64,000 nt of DNA from Eubacteriales bacterium (GTDB lineage: Bacteria > Bacillota > Clostridia > Oscillospirales > CAG-272): contig JAZOSR010000035.1 in NCBI GenBank assembly GCA_045657225.1, positions 20,953 to 84,952 on the forward strand. The letters run 5' to 3'. The notes beneath the pieces were generated by a model. It had not been told where the DNA came from, made no database searches, and saw only the letters and a list, made by a program, of their open reading frames with translations. A program made the translations under genes and the position numbers. Shown in pieces: positions 30,798-38,779 of the stretch. Within the stretch, counting starts at the first letter, position 1; each line of letters starts with the position of its first letter.

Positions 30798-30822
30798 CGG
30801 CGAGAAAGGATACATAAAATTC

Positions 30823-31788
30823 ATGGAACAAAAAAAGAAATGGTTCTTTGGTAACAAGGACCGTCCCGATGCCGAGGTGGAGGATACCACCCCTACGCTA
30901 TCGTATTTTTTTAAGCTTTTGTGGCGCAAGGCGGGTAAGCTTTTGTCACTGAATCTGTTAATGGCTTTGCAATTCATTCCGCTGCTCGTGGCACTTCTGG
31001 TATTCTTACTCGGTCCCACCACCCCGACCGTGGAGCATCCGCTTTATGCTCCCCTGCTTGGCGCCTCTATGGCGGGCGGAGCTCCTACCGCAAACCTAAT
31101 GCTCGCCATTTTCGGGCAGCAGCTTGACGTGCCCGTGCTTTCTACGGGTAGATTGGTTGTAATAATCGTAATGCTGTCGATCACGGCACTGACGTGGGGC
31201 TGGCAAAACGTGGGGGCTGGCTATAATCTGCGTAGCCTTGTTCGTGGAGATTCCTGCTTCCTGCTTTCCGATTATTTTTACGCCATTCGTCGCAATTTTT
31301 GGCAGAGCTTCATTTTTGGTATCATTGACTTCGCCTTTATTGCGTTGATCCTGTTTGATATTTTCTTCTTTTATCCGCTTTCCGCTGATTTTGCGTACGG
31401 CTTTATGTATATCGTCGTGCTGGTGATCGGTATTCTTTATATCATCATGAGAGCTTATATTTTCCCCATGATGATTACCTTTGATCTCTCCATTCGAAAG
31501 CTCCTCAAAAACGCCCTCATATTTACCATGCTTGGTATTAAGCGAAATATTGTTGCCCTGCTCGGTATCCTCGCTGTGGTTATTTTGAACGTTGTTCTGA
31601 TCGTTGGCGGACTTTCGATCGGCTTTTCCGCACCGATCATTCTCCCCATCTTCTATGTGCCCGCTTTGCTTGGATTTATCGGTATGTTTGCCGTTTACCC
31701 CAATATCAAGCGCTATATGATCGATCCTTATACCGAGAAAAACGGCACCGATACCGCGAACGATACCGATGCCGACGCATCCGTTTGA
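30823..31788 (+). CDS. integral membrane protein (possibly YesL/DUF624-like)
   Basis: 321 aa, multiple TM segments; N-terminal FFKLLWRKAGKLLSLNLLMAL resembles DUF624 proteins (weak, from memory). Confidence 0.6.
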   Translation: MEQKKKWFFGNKDRPDAEVEDTTPTLSYFFKLLWRKAGKLLSLNLLMALQFIPLLVALLVFLLGPTTPTVEHPLYAPLLGASMAGGAPTANLMLAIFGQQLDVPVLSTGRLVVIIVMLSITALTWGWQNVGAGYNLRSLVRGDSCFLLSDYFYAIRRNFWQSFIFGIIDFAFIALILFDIFFFYPLSADFAYGFMYIVVLVIGILYIIMRAYIFPMMITFDLSIRKLLKNALIFTMLGIKRNIVALLGILAVVILNVVLIVGGLSIGFSAPIILPIFYVPALLGFIGMFAVYPNIKRYMIDPYTEKNGTDTANDTDADASV

Positions 31789-32496
31789 TCAGCCGCGCAA
31801 AAGCTCGCTGACCGTTACAAACTCATATCCCGACCTCTGCAGCATCGGTATGATTTGCCGAAGCACCGCAGGGGTCGGACTGTTTTTACCCGTGAAATCG
31901 TGCATTAAAATGATCGAACCGTCGCAGATGTTTTTTTGAATGTTTGAAACGATTTTTGCCACGGGTGTTTTTGCCCAATCCCGCGTGTCAATGCTCCACA
32001 TCACGATCGTATAGCCCATTTCCTCGCAAAGCGCCTTGATCTCGTCTGTACAAATTCCCTCAGGAGGACGAAAAAGCCGTGGTGCATGCCCTGTTTTTCC
32101 CTCTAATGCTTTACTGCAAGCTAAAATATCCGCAATTAAAATATTTGCCTGTATATCCTTTGTGTGATAGTGATGGTAGGTGTGATTGCCGATTTCGTGC
32201 CCATCCTCTATTTCCCGTTTGATGAGATCTTCGTAGGTGTCTGCATTTATGCCAATTGTAAAAAAGGTCGCGTGCACACCGTATTTTTTTAAAATATCTA
32301 AGATCTGCGGCGTGTAACGCGGATGCGGTCCGTCATCAAAGGTAAGGGCAATTCTTTTTTTGCCGTCGCTTTTCGTGTGGTGAAATACAATTTCGGGTGT
32401 TGCGTTAACCGAGATCGTTGCGCTCATGAATAAAACAACCGCCAAAAGAAGCGTTATCAGGCGAAAAATCGCCTTTTTCCTCATCGCTCGATACAT
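31789..32496 (-). CDS. polysaccharide deacetylase family protein (NodB homology domain)
   Basis: RIALTFDDGPHP...ATFF, HTYHH, LFRPPEG motifs; N-terminal signal anchor. Confidence 0.88.
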   Translation of the reverse strand: MYRAMRKKAIFRLITLLLAVVLFMSATISVNATPEIVFHHTKSDGKKRIALTFDDGPHPRYTPQILDILKKYGVHATFFTIGINADTYEDLIKREIEDGHEIGNHTYHHYHTKDIQANILIADILACSKALEGKTGHAPRLFRPPEGICTDEIKALCEEMGYTIVMWSIDTRDWAKTPVAKIVSNIQKNICDGSIILMHDFTGKNSPTPAVLRQIIPMLQRSGYEFVTVSELLRG

Positions 32497-33266
32497 AATT
32501 CATCTAACGTACCGAAGCGATAGCCTTTTTCCTTTAATGCTTGGATAAGCTTCGGTAAAATTGCCGCGTTTGTTGCAGAAGTCGGGTGCAAAAGGATCAC
32601 TGCGCCGTTGTGCATACGTTCAAGTAACAAGGAGAGTGCTTTTTCCTCGCTTGGTTGCTTATTGTTATCCCAATCGGCATACGCAAGGCTCCAAAACACG
32701 GTGCGATAGCCCATGGAATCTACCTTTTGCAGTAACGTGCGCGAAAAGCTCCCCTCGGGAGGTCTGAAATAGGATGCAACCGATTTTCCCGTCGCGCTCA
32801 TCACCGCATCCTCTAAATCTCTTATTTCTTTTTCAATAACAGTGTCATCGACCATTGATAAATTGGTATGGCGCGCTGTATGGTTGCAAACAAGATGCCC
32901 TTCCGCTTGCATACGCACAACAAGGCTCGGGCATTCTGTCACAAAATGCTTTAACAGAAAAAACGCGGCAGGTGTTTTTGTATCACGAAGCGTGTTCAGT
33001 ATTTTCTCGGTGTTGCCGTTTTCGTAGCCTGCGTCAAAGGTCAGATATACCACCTTTTCTTCAGTCGTATCGCCGTGACGGTGGTCGATATAATAGCCCC
33101 CTAATTCCTCAACAAACAAAAGCTCCTCGGCGGCAAGGGCTTGCCTGCCGTTTTTTGTTTTTGTGGTATACCAGTGGTATTCTTTTTCCTTAATGGCGGT
33201 TACAGAAAAGGAAAATAAAGAAAATATAAGCATTCCCGCCAAAAAACAACTGCATATTTTTTTCAT
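32481..33266 (-). CDS. pdaA: delta-lactam-biosynthetic de-N-acetylase-like polysaccharide deacetylase
   Basis: VVYLTFDAGYENGNTEKIL...AAFFLL pattern matches the PdaA subgroup (TFD-x-GYENG). Confidence 0.8.
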   Translation of the reverse strand: MKKICSCFLAGMLIFSLFSFSVTAIKEKEYHWYTTKTKNGRQALAAEELLFVEELGGYYIDHRHGDTTEEKVVYLTFDAGYENGNTEKILNTLRDTKTPAAFFLLKHFVTECPSLVVRMQAEGHLVCNHTARHTNLSMVDDTVIEKEIRDLEDAVMSATGKSVASYFRPPEGSFSRTLLQKVDSMGYRTVFWSLAYADWDNNKQPSEEKALSLLLERMHNGAVILLHPTSATNAAILPKLIQALKEKGYRFGTLDELCIER

Positions 33267-33331
33267 TTGCGATCCTCCCCAATGTTTTACTGATATATAT
33301 TGTTATCTGAATCTCAATTTCTACACGATAT

Positions 33332-33376
33332 AAAAAATGGTGCTCCTGCATGAAGCAGGAGCACCGTTTTACTTTT
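33332..33376 (-). terminator. terminator (bidirectional geometry)
   Basis: GGTGCTCCTGC-ATGAA-GCAGGAGCACC flanked by A6 and T-runs. Confidence 0.8.
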
Positions 33377-33378
33377 TA

Positions 33379-34047
33379 TTAATCTTCAAAATCGAAATCA
33401 GCTAAATTTTTCTTTATGTACTGTATCGTTTTGGCTTCAAAATAGCGTTTGTTTTTTTGGAAGAATGGGACCACTCGTCCCTCTTGTCCTTCGACGTTTT
33501 GCTTCAGATCAAAGAGAAAATCCGCCATTTCCTTTTCACCGCCCATTTTAAGTGAGCGGCAGACAAATGCAACCGTACGCTCGTCTGCACTTAAGAACAA
33601 GGGTAAAATATCGTTTTCGTCCATGATCGATACATCGTGCAGCATCTTCAAAGAAATCAGCGGGACAAAGGCAGAATTCGCTTGTAATTGGATCACCAGC
33701 TCGCGCGGGATCCCACTCCAAAGCTCGATGGATTTTGGCGCAAATGAAGAAAGATAAAAGCTTAAGTTGTCATCGGCAAAATCATAGGTGAGCGCCTCGG
33801 CGGTTATCGAAATTTTGCGGCGACGATCGTACAAAAAGAAATTTGCTCTCGGTGCGTTTTTGCGATAAGAAAGGTAAAGCAGCACGATGCCCAAAACAAG
33901 CGACAGCGCTCCTAAAATTGTTAAAACAATGGAGAGCATTTTCTGGTCTTTTATGCTCGACGAGAAAATGAAAAGCACCAAAGCCAGCAAGGACAGAAAA
34001 AATGCTATAAATTTAGGGTTGTAAAAATCAAACTTCTTTTCTTTCAT
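33379..34047 (-). CDS. hypothetical membrane protein (two N-terminal TM helices)
   Basis: 222 aa; no family recognised. Confidence 0.65.
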   Translation of the reverse strand: MKEKKFDFYNPKFIAFFLSLLALVLFIFSSSIKDQKMLSIVLTILGALSLVLGIVLLYLSYRKNAPRANFFLYDRRRKISITAEALTYDFADDNLSFYLSSFAPKSIELWSGIPRELVIQLQANSAFVPLISLKMLHDVSIMDENDILPLFLSADERTVAFVCRSLKMGGEKEMADFLFDLKQNVEGQEGRVVPFFQKNKRYFEAKTIQYIKKNLADFDFED

Positions 34048-34061
34048 AATGCAACCTTTCT

Positions 34062-36455
34062 TTATATTTTTGTTAATTTAGCGTATGTTGACATCAATCT
34101 TTTCGTGCCCTTGGTGTCGAATGCAATTTCGTAAAGATAATCGGCGCCCATTTTTTGCACACTGATGATGAGTCCCTCGCCAAAGAGCATATGCCGCACT
34201 CGATCGCCTGGTGAAAGTACACAGGGTGTGGTCTTCGGTACCTTTTTTTCGATACCGCCAACGTTCACGTGCTCCTTTGCAGCCGCATATTTACTCTTCT
34301 CAAAATTATATTGCGCAACGCCAAATCTTTGCGTTGGAACGGCACGTTTTTCGCGCTCAATCAGATTGGCGGGAATTTCATCAAGAAAGCGCGAGGGTGG
34401 ATTTGCGCCCGTGCGTCCGTAAAGCAGGCGCGAGGCGGCATGGAGAATGTAAAGCTCATCCTTGGCGCGCGTGATCGCAACGTAAGCAAGACGGCGTTCC
34501 TCCTCAAGTGCTTCGGGACCCTCCATGATCGTTTGGGAACTTGGGAAAAGCCCTTCCTCAAAGCCCGGGAGAAAGACGCGGGGGAATTCAAGCCCCTTGG
34601 CACTGTGTATCGTCATCATTACAACGGCGTCGGCTGTATCGTCATAGCGGTCAACGTCGGCAACGAGCGCTGTAACCTCCAAAAATTCGGTCAGTGTCGG
34701 TGTGTCGGTGCTATCCTGATACTCCTTGACGTTGGAAATAAATTCGTTTAAGTTGTCAAGACGGTCGGCTTCCTCAGGACCCATATCAATGATCATTTGA
34801 CGGTAACCGCTTCTCTCAAGCACCTCGTTGACGAAATCGTCAAGCGACATCACATCGGCAAGCTCGGTTAAGGAGGAGATCAATCCCGCAAAATCAAGGA
34901 GCGACGCGGCAGAGCGCGAAAGCGCCATATAACGGTCGGCGTGACTGATGACGTCAAACATGGAAACGCCCTCCATTGCCGCAATTTCCTCAATAGCGGC
35001 AAGCGTGCGATCACCGATCTTGCGCCTTGGCTCATTGATAATGCGCAAAAGGCGTTCCTTGTCGCTGTGATTGTTAATGAGCTGTAAATATGCCACGATA
35101 TCGCGAATTTCCTTGCGGTCCGCAAAGCGAACGCCGCCGAGCATACGGTAAGGGATACCGCTTCTCGTAAAAGTGGTTTCAAGGGCGTTGGATTGCGCGT
35201 TGGTACGATAAAGCACGGCAAAATCACGGTAAGCGCATTCCCCTGCCGCCACCTTTTTACCGATAATATCAATGATCTTGCGCGCCTCGGCATTTTGGTG
35301 CTCGGGATTCAGCACCTGAATCTTTTCCCCCCCCTCGCGGTTGGTCCAAAGCGTTTTTCCCTTTCTGTTTTCGTTGTGGGAGATCACGGCATTGGCGGCA
35401 TCAAGAATCGGCTGTGTGGAACGGTAATTTTGCTCAAGGCGAATCACCTTGGCATCGTTAAATCGACGGTCAAACTGCAAAATATTGGCGATCGTCGCGC
35501 CGCGGAAGCGGTAAATGCTTTGGTCATCATCACCCACTACCATCAAATTGCGATAGCCTCCCGCAAGAAGCGCTGTTAGGCGAAACTGCGCTTCGTTTGT
35601 GTCCTGATACTCGTCAACCGATACGTAACGAAACTGACTTTGGTAGGTGTTGCGCACCTCCTCGTTGTTTTCAAGGAGCTTGACGGTATAAAAGATAATA
35701 TCGTCAAAATCAAGCGCGTTTGAGCCCTCCATGCGCTTTTGATACGCCTCATAGATCTTTGCGATCTGCTTCATTTTATAGTCGTTTCCAAACTCCAATA
35801 AAAATTCATCGGGCGTGATCAGCTTTTCCTTGGCGTCACTGATGTGACGAATGACGGATTTTATGTTCAGCGTCTTTTCGTCAATATTTTGCTCCTTCAT
35901 GACTGCCCCGATGGCTTTTTTGGTATCGTCGGTATCGTAAATGGTAAAGCCCTCACGAAGCCCTGCCGCATCGCTGAAGCGGCGCAGAATACGCATACAG
36001 ATCGAGTGGAAGGTGCCCGCCCAAATATTCGAGGCAAGATCGGGATCCTCGGGGAATGCCGAGGCAAGGCGCGCCTTGATCTCCCCTGCCGCTTTATTGG
36101 TAAAGGTAATGGCAAGCACACGCCACGGCGGGCAAGGATTATTGGTAAATTCAGAAAGCAGCCCTTCAAGCTCCTCGTCGGTAAGCGGCTCGTTCAGTGC
36201 TCTTTCCAATGCCTCAACGTGTCTTTCGTCAAGGTCAAACGGTACGTAATCGCTATGGTAAGCGTTTCCAAAACGGATCATGTACGCAATGCGGCGCACC
36301 AAAACGGTGGTTTTTCCGCTTCCCGCCCCCGCTAAAACAAGCAAGGGTGAATTGATATGATAAACCGCTGCTCTTTGCATGCTGTTAAGGGACCGATAAT
36401 ATCGGTCAAACAGCGCGCGCTTAACGGTAAGATAACGTGTTTGCAGATCTAACAT
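34062..36455 (-). CDS. pcrA: ATP-dependent DNA helicase PcrA (UvrD/Rep family)
   Basis: LNSMQRAAV...LVLAGAGSGKTTVL Walker A, DEYQDTN Walker B, full SF1 motif set. Start placed at ATG 36455 (SD GGAGG 6 nt upstream) rather than the upstream TTG. Confidence 0.95.
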   Translation of the reverse strand: MLDLQTRYLTVKRALFDRYYRSLNSMQRAAVYHINSPLLVLAGAGSGKTTVLVRRIAYMIRFGNAYHSDYVPFDLDERHVEALERALNEPLTDEELEGLLSEFTNNPCPPWRVLAITFTNKAAGEIKARLASAFPEDPDLASNIWAGTFHSICMRILRRFSDAAGLREGFTIYDTDDTKKAIGAVMKEQNIDEKTLNIKSVIRHISDAKEKLITPDEFLLEFGNDYKMKQIAKIYEAYQKRMEGSNALDFDDIIFYTVKLLENNEEVRNTYQSQFRYVSVDEYQDTNEAQFRLTALLAGGYRNLMVVGDDDQSIYRFRGATIANILQFDRRFNDAKVIRLEQNYRSTQPILDAANAVISHNENRKGKTLWTNREGGEKIQVLNPEHQNAEARKIIDIIGKKVAAGECAYRDFAVLYRTNAQSNALETTFTRSGIPYRMLGGVRFADRKEIRDIVAYLQLINNHSDKERLLRIINEPRRKIGDRTLAAIEEIAAMEGVSMFDVISHADRYMALSRSAASLLDFAGLISSLTELADVMSLDDFVNEVLERSGYRQMIIDMGPEEADRLDNLNEFISNVKEYQDSTDTPTLTEFLEVTALVADVDRYDDTADAVVMMTIHSAKGLEFPRVFLPGFEEGLFPSSQTIMEGPEALEEERRLAYVAITRAKDELYILHAASRLLYGRTGANPPSRFLDEIPANLIEREKRAVPTQRFGVAQYNFEKSKYAAAKEHVNVGGIEKKVPKTTPCVLSPGDRVRHMLFGEGLIISVQKMGADYLYEIAFDTKGTKRLMSTYAKLTKI

Positions 36456-36465
36456 GCTGGCCTCC

Positions 36466-36498
36466 AAAAGAAAAAACGGGGGACAAAATCAGTCCCCC
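36466..36498 (-). terminator. Rho-independent terminator after the Asn/Gln-rich micro-ORF
   Basis: Minus strand GGGGGAC-TGATTTT-GTCCCCC followed by GTTTTTTCTTTT. Confidence 0.8.
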
Positions 36499-36511
36499 GC
36501 CGCCGATTGGA

Positions 36512-36682
36512 TTAATAATCCTTCTTTTGCTGGTTCTGATTTTTGTTCTGATTGTTGTTTTGATTATTGTTCTGATTTTGGTTGTTCTGGTTGTTCTGGT
36601 TGTTTTGGTTGTTATTCTGATTATTGTTCTGATTGTTGTTCTGGTTCTTGTTGTAGTTTTGGTTCTGATTTTGGTTCTGCAT
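36512..36682 (-). CDS. 56-aa Asn/Gln-rich micro-protein (31 N + 17 Q)
   Basis: Hand translation of the minus strand: MQNQNQNQNYNKNQNNNQNNNQNNNQNNQNNQNNQNQNNNQNNNQNKNQNQQKKDY; SD AAGGGAG 8 nt upstream; own terminator; same strand as all neighbours. Below the ORF-track size cutoff. Confidence 0.6.
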   Translation of the reverse strand: MQNQNQNQNYNKNQNNNQNNNQNNNQNNQNNQNNQNQNNNQNNNQNKNQNQQKKDY

Positions 36683-36762
36683 GATACACACTCCCTTTTA
36701 GCATTGCCCTGCCTTTTGCTGTGCAAGGCTGATGTTAGTATGCGTCAAGCAAAATAAAGTAT

Positions 36763-38151
36763 TCATTCAAAGCGATATCTTTCCTTGATCTTGCCAAAAA
36801 TAAGGAATAGGGTGTAACCGAAATAAACGGCGAAAAGCAAGGCGCAAAGAAAATCTGCACACCAGAAAAATTCAAGAATGCGGAATGCCTTGGTGTTGGG
36901 CCATTCCTTAATATAATCATAAAGGAACGAGAAAAGCCCGCTGATAAAGCCAAGGATGAAGCACTTGATAAGCTGCCAATCAAATTCCTCAAGGACACGC
37001 TTTCTGTTACGCAGCTCAAATTCCGCAGGCTCGTGCTCAAAAACATAGCCTGTTTTGTTTTTGATGATCTCTCGCAAGAAGAAAAGCAAGAGAATGAGAA
37101 ACGCAAGAAACGCCAAAAATTCAAGCAAGGAAAAGATCCACATCGTGGTATATGCCTTAAAAACAACTTGATCCTTGCCAATGTTTTCCGCATAATGCTC
37201 GCTTGAAAATTGATAGGAAAAATAACTTGATACGGTTGCAATCACGGTAAAGATAATAGCCGAAAGCCAAAGCCCCCATTTTTTAAGGAGCGAATCCTTG
37301 GCGGCAAGCAAAATAGCAAGCAGTAAAATAATTCCCGCGACGGTGTCTGAAATGATGTTTTGAAAATCGATGTAAAAATCGACAAGAAAAAGCGCACCGA
37401 TAAGCATGAGAATAAATACTGCGCGGTAAAAGGCCTTTACTCTGATGCCGGGGTGGCGCTCCATAAAGGAGCTATACGCTTCTCCGAGCGACGTCAGGAA
37501 ACGTTCCTCCCCTTTTACCTTGGCGAAATAATAGAGTATGCTTACCAACCACACAATACCGAGCACGAGCGCGGGCAAAAATGCCAAAATGCGCATCACG
37601 CCGATATATTGGTATAGATTGATCATTCCCGTTTCGGCAGAGCTGCTGTTCATCAGTGCCGCAAATTCGGGTAGGAGCAAAACGATCTCGCGCACGATAA
37701 AGAAGATGACCGAGAAGCGGCGCATTCTCTCGCAGATCGAATATTTCTTATCCCAACGCAGATAAAGCGCTTCGCAGTCATACGTGCCCGCCAGCATATC
37801 CATACCGTCAAAAAAAGCATTTATGGCAACTACGGCAAAATACGTGCGCACAGTAGCGCTTAAAAACGAAATGATAAGTAAGAGCAGCTCCTGCTCTCCC
37901 TTTGCTCCCATGCCGAAAACAAACAAAAGAAGTAAGTTTTTGACAAGATCTGCAAGCAAGAAGTAAAAAAATGCTTTACTTGCCTCTTGCATATGGCGAT
38001 CAATGCGAGAAAATGGGATAAGACCGAGTATCACGAAAATCGCACCGATAAAATCGGGCAAAACGTCAATCGCGGCAAAATAAGGATTAAAGAAAAATAC
38101 AAAGCCGATGCAAATCAGAAATATACGCAACGGACGAATCTGCATTGCCAT
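36763..38151 (-). CDS. hypothetical polytopic membrane protein (462 aa)
   Basis: More than 10 hydrophobic segments; no family recognised. Confidence 0.7.
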   Translation of the reverse strand: MAMQIRPLRIFLICIGFVFFFNPYFAAIDVLPDFIGAIFVILGLIPFSRIDRHMQEASKAFFYFLLADLVKNLLLLFVFGMGAKGEQELLLLIISFLSATVRTYFAVVAINAFFDGMDMLAGTYDCEALYLRWDKKYSICERMRRFSVIFFIVREIVLLLPEFAALMNSSSAETGMINLYQYIGVMRILAFLPALVLGIVWLVSILYYFAKVKGEERFLTSLGEAYSSFMERHPGIRVKAFYRAVFILMLIGALFLVDFYIDFQNIISDTVAGIILLLAILLAAKDSLLKKWGLWLSAIIFTVIATVSSYFSYQFSSEHYAENIGKDQVVFKAYTTMWIFSLLEFLAFLAFLILLLFFLREIIKNKTGYVFEHEPAEFELRNRKRVLEEFDWQLIKCFILGFISGLFSFLYDYIKEWPNTKAFRILEFFWCADFLCALLFAVYFGYTLFLIFGKIKERYRFE

Positions 38152-38154
38152 GAT

Positions 38155-38760
38155 TTATTTTCCTTTCTTTGTTTTTTTGTCTTGTATGGGCGCTGTGATC
38201 TCGCTGCCCTCGGGCAAAATATAACGGTAGCATCTGAAAAAGAGCCAGAGGTTTAAGAATGCGCAGAAAAAGCGCAAGAGCGAGATGGGAAGCGCAAAGG
38301 CTGTCTGATGCGTTTCGATAAACGAGATCGGCAGCTTGGCAATCAAATAAAGCAGATGATATATGCCGACAAAGACCAAATTTCTCATAGAAATGCTTTG
38401 AATTTCAACAAGTCCAAGGTCGCCCGCAAGCATCATAAGACCGCCCAAAAGTACCGCATGGAACAATAGTGTATAAACGAAATAGCACCACTCAACAACG
38501 GTATAAAACGTGCCGACAAGGAACGACATCTCGGGCAATACGTTAAGCGTCATTAAGCCGTACAAGGCAAAATAACAGCCAAACAACACGCCGAGTGCCG
38601 ACACGAAAAGAGATTTCAAGAAAAAGGAGTGGTATGGCGCAAGACGGTAGCACGCAAACGCTACAATGCCAAAGCCGATCGGCATTACCAGTGCAAACGG
38701 CGCAAAGATCGTCATGATATTGATCATAAAATAGCCGATCAGCAATAATCCAAAGCCCAT
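38155..38760 (-). CDS. hypothetical polytopic membrane protein (201 aa)
   Basis: Six or so hydrophobic segments; begins 19 nt after the secA stop. Confidence 0.7.
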   Translation of the reverse strand: MGFGLLLIGYFMINIMTIFAPFALVMPIGFGIVAFACYRLAPYHSFFLKSLFVSALGVLFGCYFALYGLMTLNVLPEMSFLVGTFYTVVEWCYFVYTLLFHAVLLGGLMMLAGDLGLVEIQSISMRNLVFVGIYHLLYLIAKLPISFIETHQTAFALPISLLRFFCAFLNLWLFFRCYRYILPEGSEITAPIQDKKTKKGK

Positions 38761-38779
38761 GTCCTACTCCTTTTTATTC

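Noticed and set aside
36421-36757. Alternative readings of the repeat region: a 106-aa plus-strand poly-Leu/Val/Ile ORF and a 101-aa minus-strand Thr/Arg/Lys-rich ORF
   Set aside because: Neither has an SD or a sensible start; one starts inside pcrA and the other runs through the terminator hairpin. Only the Asn/Gln frame has an SD, an ATG, a stop and a terminator in the right order.
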